From Clostridia bacterium (GTDB lineage Bacteria > Bacillota > Clostridia > Christensenellales > UBA1242), in NCBI GenBank assembly GCA_045637805.1, contig JAZUAE010000012.1, positions 64,751-128,750 on the forward strand: 64,000 bases of DNA, in the 5' to 3' direction. The notes under the pieces are model-generated. The model saw only the letters and a program-made list of their open reading frames with translations, was not told the origin of the DNA and did no database searches. Shown here piece after piece: positions 57,970 to 64,000 of the stretch (the stretch's first letter is position 1; the number at the start of each line of letters is the position of its first letter). Made by a program: the position numbers and the translations under genes.

Positions 57970-58661
57970 TGTTTGGTTTGAAAAGAAAAAAGAATGCAGA
58001 TTTTGATGATATTGAATTATCTGAGCGTGATTTAAACAGATATATTGATTTTACTTTGCTTGACCCAAGAGCAGGTGACAAAGATATTGAAAATTTATGC
58101 AATATAGCTCTTAAGAATAAATACTTTTCCGTTTGTGTAAATCCTGTTAATGTTGATCACGCAAGAAGATATATTGATAGCCGCATGAGTGGAACGATCA
58201 AACTTGTATCGGTTGTAGGGTTTCCTCTTGGTGCAAGCAGTATTGAAACCAAGGTGCTTGAGGCTAAACGCGCAATTAATGATGGCGCTGATGAGATCGA
58301 TGTTGTGATTTGTATTTCAAAAGCCAAACAAGGCGATTTTGGATATATCAAAAATGAACTTTCAAGAATTGTTCGCGCAAGCAAAGGAAGAATTGTAAAA
58401 GCTATAATTGAAACTTGTTATTTTAATCGTGATGAGATTATTAAGCTTTGTAAAGTTTGTGTAAAAGCAAAAGTTGACTTTGTAAAAACTTCAACCGGAT
58501 ATGGTATTGGAGGCGCAACGCCTGAAGTTGTAGAACTCTTAAAACAAAATGTCGACGGCAAATGTAGAGTGAAAGCATCTGGTGGAATTAGGACTAGAAA
58601 CGATGCTTTCATAATGCTTAGAGCTGGTGCGAGAAGAATAGGTACAAGTAGGGAAATTTAA
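57969..58661 (+). CDS. deoC: Deoxyribose-phosphate aldolase
   Basis: Schiff-base lysine context VKAIIET and the DFVKTSTGY motif. ATAATG overlap with the upstream gene. Confidence 0.92.
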   Translation: MFGLKRKKNADFDDIELSERDLNRYIDFTLLDPRAGDKDIENLCNIALKNKYFSVCVNPVNVDHARRYIDSRMSGTIKLVSVVGFPLGASSIETKVLEAKRAINDGADEIDVVICISKAKQGDFGYIKNELSRIVRASKGRIVKAIIETCYFNRDEIIKLCKVCVKAKVDFVKTSTGYGIGGATPEVVELLKQNVDGKCRVKASGGIRTRNDAFIMLRAGARRIGTSREI

Positions 58662-59068
58662 TGAAAAAGATATTAACAACAAATGAATCGGAAACTAAAA
58701 AAACCGCAAAATCTTATGCAAAAACACTAAAAAGTGGTGATATTGTGCTACTTTCTGGTGATTTGGGTGCAGGAAAAACTGTTTTTTCAAAAGGGCTTAT
58801 TGAAGCTCTTACTGGCGACACGGAGGTGGTAAGTCCAACATTTTCTATCTGCAATACATATAGTGGAAAGATGTCGGTTTACCATTTTGATTTGTATCGA
58901 ATTGAAGATCCAAGTGAACTTGAGAATATCGGTATAATGGATATGATGTACTCAAATGGTGTTTGTATTTTTGAGTGGGCTGAGCGCGCCGAAGAAATTT
59001 TTCCGTCCTATGCTAAAAAAGTTGTTATAAAAAAAGTTGATGAAAAAACTAGGGAGATTAGTTTGTAA
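58661..59068 (+). CDS. tsaE: tRNA t6A biosynthesis ATPase TsaE
   Basis: GDLGAGKT Walker A, SPTF and HFDLYR motifs. Confidence 0.9.
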   Translation: MKKILTTNESETKKTAKSYAKTLKSGDIVLLSGDLGAGKTVFSKGLIEALTGDTEVVSPTFSICNTYSGKMSVYHFDLYRIEDPSELENIGIMDMMYSNGVCIFEWAERAEEIFPSYAKKVVIKKVDEKTREISL

Positions 59069-59646
59069 TGAAAATTCTTGGTATTTGTGCGTCTTATGGA
59101 CTTCATGTATGTTTGATTGATGACGAGAAAGTTTTGTTTAACTATTCCCGTGAGGAAGAACTTAAATCTGACAATTTATTAAGCATTATTGATGAAGCTT
59201 TAGTAAAATTATCTTTAACGTTTTCAGATATAGATGTTGTAGCGACATCTGTTGGGCCAGGTAGCTTTACAGGTAGTAGAGTTGCAATCAGTTTAGTAAA
59301 AGGCTTAGTTGCTGGGCAAAATAAAAAATTAATTAGCTTTGAAACATTTGACGCTTTTGGAAATGAAAATGTTGTGCTTAGTGGTTTTGGTAAATTTGTT
59401 TACATAAGAGATGGTGAAAATCGCGCCTGCGTCGAACTTGATTCAATTAAAAATTTCGATGGTGTAACCGACAATGAAAATATTGCGAAAACTCTTAAAA
59501 TTAAAAAAGTTAAGTTTGATATGACTAGCGTTATTTTGAATAAAGCAAGGTGTGGCGAGTTTGTAAAAATAGAAGAGTTGTCTCCTGTTTATCTGCGTGC
59601 AAGTCAAGCTGAAATTGAAAGGAGTAAGAAAAATGATAGACGTTAG
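59068..59646 (+). CDS. tsaB: tRNA t6A biosynthesis protein TsaB (short form)
   Basis: GPGSFTGSRV motif. Position between tsaE and rimI. Confidence 0.8.
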   Translation: MKILGICASYGLHVCLIDDEKVLFNYSREEELKSDNLLSIIDEALVKLSLTFSDIDVVATSVGPGSFTGSRVAISLVKGLVAGQNKKLISFETFDAFGNENVVLSGFGKFVYIRDGENRACVELDSIKNFDGVTDNENIAKTLKIKKVKFDMTSVILNKARCGEFVKIEELSPVYLRASQAEIERSKKNDRR

Positions 59647-60064
59647 AAAAGCGACCACAGCGGATATAAAAAAGATTAATGAAATAAATATTGAGGCCTT
59701 TGAAAAAGATGTGGCAAGTGATCTTGAAAAAGTTTTAAATAATCCTGTTTATCATGTATTTGTAGCAACCATTGATGGAGAGATTGTTGGCTTTTTTGAA
59801 ATAACCATAGCTGCAACCGATTGTGAAATTGTATTTATAGCAACTAAAGAAAAGTATAGACATCAAGGTGTCGCTGACTACATGATGAGGTTTATAACAG
59901 ACTATGCTAAACTAAACGGAGCGGATTCTATTTTTCTTGAGGTTGAGTCTTCAAACATTCCTGCTTGCAATCTTTATGAAAAGTTTGGATTTACGCATAC
60001 TTATAAACGCGCTGACTACTACGGAAAAAATCGCAACGCTATTGTTATGAAAAAGGCGTTATAA
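59633..60064 (+). CDS. rimI: Ribosomal-protein-alanine N-acetyltransferase (RimI-type GNAT)
   Basis: GNAT motif A (YRHQGVADYMM). tsaE-tsaB-rimI synteny. AAGGAG SD before the ATG at 59633. Confidence 0.8.
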   Translation: MIDVRKATTADIKKINEINIEAFEKDVASDLEKVLNNPVYHVFVATIDGEIVGFFEITIAATDCEIVFIATKEKYRHQGVADYMMRFITDYAKLNGADSIFLEVESSNIPACNLYEKFGFTHTYKRADYYGKNRNAIVMKKAL

Positions 60065-60117
60065 CTAAAATTTAACAATAATCATATATTAACAGTAGAA
60101 AAAAGGGGGAACTTGTT

Positions 60118-60807
60118 ATTTCTACTGTTATTTTTTTGCACGGTTGGGGAGGAAATAAAAACAGTTTTCAAGGTGTTTCAAGCTGCATTTTTAGTAAAAA
60201 TAAATGTATATGTATAGACTTTCCTGGGTTTGGAGATGAAAGCCCTCCAGGCTCTGCTTTTTCCGTGGAAGATTATGCTGCTTGGCTGCATGAGAAGCTT
60301 TTAAGTTTAAGTGTTCAAGAAAGGGTTGTTTTGGTGGGGCATTCGTTTGGTGGCAGGGTTGCAATTTGTTATGCATCGCGCTATGCGAAAAATGTCGAAA
60401 AACTTGTACTTGTGGATAGTGCAGGAATTAAGCCAAAACTAAAAATAAATAAACTAATTAAGACAATTTGGTTTCGTTTTTGTAAAAAGTGTGCTAAAAT
60501 AGGTTTGTATAAGAAAGAAAAACTTGCAAACCATGGTTCAAGCGACTGGAAAAGTTTGCCAGAAAACATGAAAGGAACTTTTGTAAAAGTCATCAAGCAA
60601 GACTTGTCTATCTTTGCTAAGCAAATATCTATTCCAACCTTGATTGTTTGGGGTGAGAAAGATAAAGATACGCCACTTTATATGGCGAAAAAATTAAATA
60701 AATTAATTTTAAATTCTAGGCTCGTGGTTTTTCGTGATGCTGGGCATTATTCTTACCTGGATAATTTCGACGAATTTGTGAGCTTACTCAATAATTTTAT
60801 AGGTTAA
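60118..60807 (+). CDS. Alpha/beta hydrolase (start codon uncertain; possibly ATT at 60118)
   Basis: HGWGG oxyanion motif, GHSFGG nucleophile elbow, and a C-terminal DAGH motif. The first canonical start (TTG at 60136) would delete the beta-strand before HG. Confidence 0.7.
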   Translation: MSTVIFLHGWGGNKNSFQGVSSCIFSKNKCICIDFPGFGDESPPGSAFSVEDYAAWLHEKLLSLSVQERVVLVGHSFGGRVAICYASRYAKNVEKLVLVDSAGIKPKLKINKLIKTIWFRFCKKCAKIGLYKKEKLANHGSSDWKSLPENMKGTFVKVIKQDLSIFAKQISIPTLIVWGEKDKDTPLYMAKKLNKLILNSRLVVFRDAGHYSYLDNFDEFVSLLNNFIG

Positions 60808-60816
60808 GGAGTGTAT

Positions 60817-62499
60817 ATGAATTATTTTAACTTAATGCTTTCAACAGAACTAAACGTTTTGCCTGCACCGCTAGGCTTTGAATCTTGGACATCGTTCTGG
60901 ATGATTATGGTTGTGTCAGCAATTAATGGTGTGATGCTTTGTCTTGCTGGTTATAAGTTTATGCAAGTCATTCAACTTTCAGGATACAAAGCAAAGGGGC
61001 TATTTGCTTGGCTTAAAGAAACTAAGTGTGCACTTTGGGGAAGACTTGTTATGCTTTCTTTCTTAAGCTGCGCGGCACTGCTTATGACAAATGTATTGCT
61101 TTCTGATTTCTTCAAATATCGCATTATGGAATACATTGGCCTTATCTTTTATTTGGTTTTTTCGATAGTATTCATAATAAATGTTTTTTCAGTAGGGCAG
61201 AAATCTCCACTTAGATATACAAAGAGAATCTGGAGACTCATGGCTGTTAATTTCTTGCTAATATTCTTCTTTACATTGTTCTTCGTGGGATTTAGTGAGG
61301 TTAATATTCCATACTTTACTTACGGTGCTGTTGGTTTGACCCCAGCTCTGATTCCATTCTTTGTATTAGCTTCGCACTATATTTGCTATCCGTTTGAGAC
61401 TCTTAACAATAAAAGGTTTATAAGAAAAGCAAAGAAAAAGATAGAAAACCATAAAAACCTTATTAAAATAGGAATAACCGGAAGTTATGGTAAAACATCG
61501 GTTAAAAATATTTTAACTACAATCTTATCTGAAAAATATACTGTGTGTGCAACGCCACTTAGTTATAATACTCCTCTTGGACTTTCAAAAACCATTCTTG
61601 CCACTTTGTCAGAAAAAGATCAAGTGTTCATTGCTGAAATGGGTGCAAAAAATGTGGGAGATATTAAGGAACTTTGTGATATGATTAATCCAAATATCGG
61701 TCTTATTACTGGTATAGGCAATCAGCACATGTCAACATTTGGTACAAAGGAAAATCTTATAAACACCAAATCTGAGCTTGCAAATAGTCTTGAAAAAGAA
61801 GGTAAACTCTTTGTTAACTGTGACAGTGAGGGTGCTGCTACTATATTTAAAAATGCTAAAGGTAAAAAATTTAAGTCTGAGTACTTAAAATCAACCGGAA
61901 GGATTTATATTTCTGATGAAAAAGTAAGTGCCAAAGGATCTTCATTTACACTTCATATTGGTAAAGAACATGTTAAGTGTGAAACCATAATGCTTGGCAC
62001 CCACAATATTTCAAACATCGTTTTAGCTGTTATGGTAGCAAATGAGCTTGGTTTAAACATAAAAGAAATCGCTGCTGGTATTTCTAAACTTGTACCTACA
62101 AGCCACAGACTTGCGATTGTTCCATCAAATAATTCACTAATTGTTATAGACGATGCATATAATGGTAGTGTGGAGGGAACAAAAGCAGCACTTGATGTCC
62201 TTAAAAAGTTTTCGGGCAAAAAGGTTGTTATTACGCCAGGCTTGGTTGAACTTGGAAGTGAGCAATTTAACTCTAACTTTGAGTTCGGTAAGGATATGGC
62301 TAAAGTTGCCGACTACGTTATCATCAATGGTGTAACAAACTATGATTCGTTGTCTTCTGGTTTGATTTTTGGGGGATTTGATGAAAGTCATATCCTGCGC
62401 AGTGGTAGCCTCTCTCAAGCGGTAACTCTGCTCTCCAAAATTACTAACCCTGGTGATGTTGTATTATTTGAAAACGACTTGCCAGATAATTATGCATAA
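60817..62499 (+). CDS. murF: UDP-MurNAc-tripeptide--D-Ala-D-Ala ligase (MurF) with an N-terminal multi-TM extension
   Basis: P-loop GITGSYGKTS at aa about 219 (nt 61471-61500). MurF-type motifs SYNTPLGLSKTIL, AEMGA, DDAYNGS and LVELG. Adjacent to ddl. About five hydrophobic helices precede the ligase core. Confidence 0.8.
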   Translation: MNYFNLMLSTELNVLPAPLGFESWTSFWMIMVVSAINGVMLCLAGYKFMQVIQLSGYKAKGLFAWLKETKCALWGRLVMLSFLSCAALLMTNVLLSDFFKYRIMEYIGLIFYLVFSIVFIINVFSVGQKSPLRYTKRIWRLMAVNFLLIFFFTLFFVGFSEVNIPYFTYGAVGLTPALIPFFVLASHYICYPFETLNNKRFIRKAKKKIENHKNLIKIGITGSYGKTSVKNILTTILSEKYTVCATPLSYNTPLGLSKTILATLSEKDQVFIAEMGAKNVGDIKELCDMINPNIGLITGIGNQHMSTFGTKENLINTKSELANSLEKEGKLFVNCDSEGAATIFKNAKGKKFKSEYLKSTGRIYISDEKVSAKGSSFTLHIGKEHVKCETIMLGTHNISNIVLAVMVANELGLNIKEIAAGISKLVPTSHRLAIVPSNNSLIVIDDAYNGSVEGTKAALDVLKKFSGKKVVITPGLVELGSEQFNSNFEFGKDMAKVADYVIINGVTNYDSLSSGLIFGGFDESHILRSGSLSQAVTLLSKITNPGDVVLFENDLPDNYA

Positions 62500-62535
62500 A
62501 AAGCTCCCTCCACAAATTTATTTTAGGGAGCATGA

Positions 62536-63630
62536 ATGAAAAATATTGTTTTAGTTTTCGGCGGCGAGTCCGTTGAACATGATATTTCAATTCTAACCGC
62601 TCTGGGCTTTTCAAGAAATTATATGGGTGAAAACCGTTTGGGTAGTCTCTATATATCAAAGTCAGGTGAGTGGTTTTTTTGTGCGAAACGCATTAATAAA
62701 GACATGTTCAAACAGTCTCTTCCGTCAGATTTTATGCCGGTTAAACTCTTTACAAATGATAGAAATCTCTATACAAAAACACTTTTTGGATATAAAAAAG
62801 TCTTTGAGGTAGATGTCGCCATTAATTGTTGCCATGGTGGAGCAGGCGAGCGTGGTGAACTAAGTTTCGTGTTTGAAAACAGTGGAATACCTATGTCCGC
62901 AGGCACGCCCTTGGGATTAGCTATGGCGATGAATAAGAAAACAGCAAAGACAATATTTGTAGCAAACAATATTCCGACAACCCCATGGCTTAGCTTTAAC
63001 AAAGATGTTAAAATGTCTGAAATATTGAGCGCTGTCCAGGATTTTGGTTACCCAGTGGTTGTAAAACCAAATTCGCTGGGCAGTAGTATAGGTGTTGAAA
63101 AGGTGGAAAATTCAAGTGAACTGGTAAAAGCTCTAGACGTGGCTTTTGAGTTTGATGGTGAGGTTATTGTTGAACGCGCCGTTGAACATTTACGCGAGTT
63201 TAATTGTGCAATTATCCGCGGAGGGAAAAATGTAATCCTTAGTAGTATAGACGAACCTGCCGGTGGAAAAATATTCTCTTTTAGCGACAAGTATTTAAAT
63301 AAAAAACCGCCTACTAAAAATAAAACAAAAACATCATTCATGTCAGCAAGCATAAGTGAAAAACTTGAAAAGCAGATTAAAAATTTAACCGAAAAATCTG
63401 TAAGGGTTTTAGACCTGTATGGTGTGGTCAGGGTAGATTTCTTATATGACAGTAAACGAAATAAACTTTATGTGAATGAGGTTAATGCTGTTCCTGGCTC
63501 GCTTGCTCACTTTTTATTCAAGGGGAAGACTCAAACAATGCTTCTTGAAGAACTTGTAAAAATTGCTGAGAATATGTATTCTAAGCAGGTTAAATTAAAA
63601 AGAGAATATATTACTGAGGTGTTAAAATAA
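62536..63630 (+). CDS. ddl: D-alanine--D-alanine ligase
   Basis: FGGESVEHDISI N-terminal motif, ATP-grasp core (PVVVKPNSLGSSIGV) and C-terminal NEVNAVPG. Confidence 0.93.
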   Translation: MKNIVLVFGGESVEHDISILTALGFSRNYMGENRLGSLYISKSGEWFFCAKRINKDMFKQSLPSDFMPVKLFTNDRNLYTKTLFGYKKVFEVDVAINCCHGGAGERGELSFVFENSGIPMSAGTPLGLAMAMNKKTAKTIFVANNIPTTPWLSFNKDVKMSEILSAVQDFGYPVVVKPNSLGSSIGVEKVENSSELVKALDVAFEFDGEVIVERAVEHLREFNCAIIRGGKNVILSSIDEPAGGKIFSFSDKYLNKKPPTKNKTKTSFMSASISEKLEKQIKNLTEKSVRVLDLYGVVRVDFLYDSKRNKLYVNEVNAVPGSLAHFLFKGKTQTMLLEELVKIAENMYSKQVKLKREYITEVLK

Positions 63631-63656
63631 TACGCAGCAAAAGCTGCGTATTTTTA
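63631..63656. terminator. Bidirectional terminator (ddl / HTH gene)
   Basis: 8-bp stem TACGCAGC/GCTGCGTA (63631-38 / 63643-50) followed by a T5 run. Confidence 0.75.
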
Positions 63657-63872
63657 TTTTCTAACTAAACTTCTTATATCAAAATTTTCTTGTAAAAATA
63701 TACCGCCATTTTTTCCTGGAAGGGTATATACGGGTACGCCAGCACTAGATAAGTTATCAATAGCGCGGTAAATTGTTTTTGTACTAACACTAAACTTGGC
63801 CGCTAAATACTTGGCGGTTACGTGTTCTCTAGATAGCAGGCTTATAAAAATTTTAATAGTTGTGCTTGTCAT
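63654..63872 (-). CDS. Stand-alone HTH_11 (YafY/DeoR N-terminal-type) DNA-binding protein, 72 aa
   Basis: TAKYLAAKFSVSTKTIYRAIDNLSSAGVPVYTLPGKNGGIFL matches the YafY-type winged HTH. No WYL or effector domain follows. Confidence 0.65.
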   Translation of the reverse strand: MTSTTIKIFISLLSREHVTAKYLAAKFSVSTKTIYRAIDNLSSAGVPVYTLPGKNGGIFLQENFDIRSLVRK

Positions 63873-63929
63873 AGATATATAATACAACAAGTTAAAAATA
63901 TTCACAATAAAATTCGAACATTTGTTTGA

Positions 63930-63952
63930 TTTTTGTTAAATTTTAACAAAAA
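63930..63952. promoter_or_regulatory. Perfect inverted repeat upstream of the HTH gene (candidate operator)
   Basis: TTTTTGTTAAA (63930-40), 1 nt, TTTAACAAAAA (63942-52). It lies just upstream of the candidate -35 (TTGTGA, 63907-02 on the minus strand). Confidence 0.5.
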
Positions 63953-64000
63953 TTTTCTATAGGGCACTCTTTTTTGTTTGCCTATATTTTTTTATGTATG

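Overview
AT-rich chromosomal segment (about one-third G+C by eye, not computed). It looks like a Bacillota (Firmicutes) genome using the standard code 11. Most of the window is core housekeeping in Firmicutes-typical synteny: uvrB-uvrA, nfeD-floA, dnaG-sigA-trmK, trxB, ctsR-mcsA-mcsB-clpC, hpf, nth, obg, yhbY-pheS-pheT, pdp-deoC-tsaE-tsaB-rimI and murF-ddl. Between these sit three very large envelope proteins of 1150, 2500 and 1345 aa, each with a different anchoring mode. I recognised no rRNA, tRNA, CRISPR array, transposase, integrase or prophage module. The most system-like oddity is a five-gene Rnf-type operon (rnfC-D-E-A-B). It has no rnfG, and the NADH/flavin motifs of RnfC and RnfD look eroded while every Fe-S cysteine motif is intact. 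Other points worth a second look: two half-size TSUP permease genes, and a MurF whose N-terminal domain is replaced by a membrane domain. There is also an uncharacterised HExxH...ERDA protein family present twice, one copy split by a single-A frameshift, and several enzyme homologues with degenerate catalytic motifs (Pdp, an ABC ATPase, Ppx/GppA). At least four genes have an extended -10 box that abuts the ATG, suggesting leaderless mRNAs. All motif comparisons are from memory of family consensus sequences. No alignment or database search was run.
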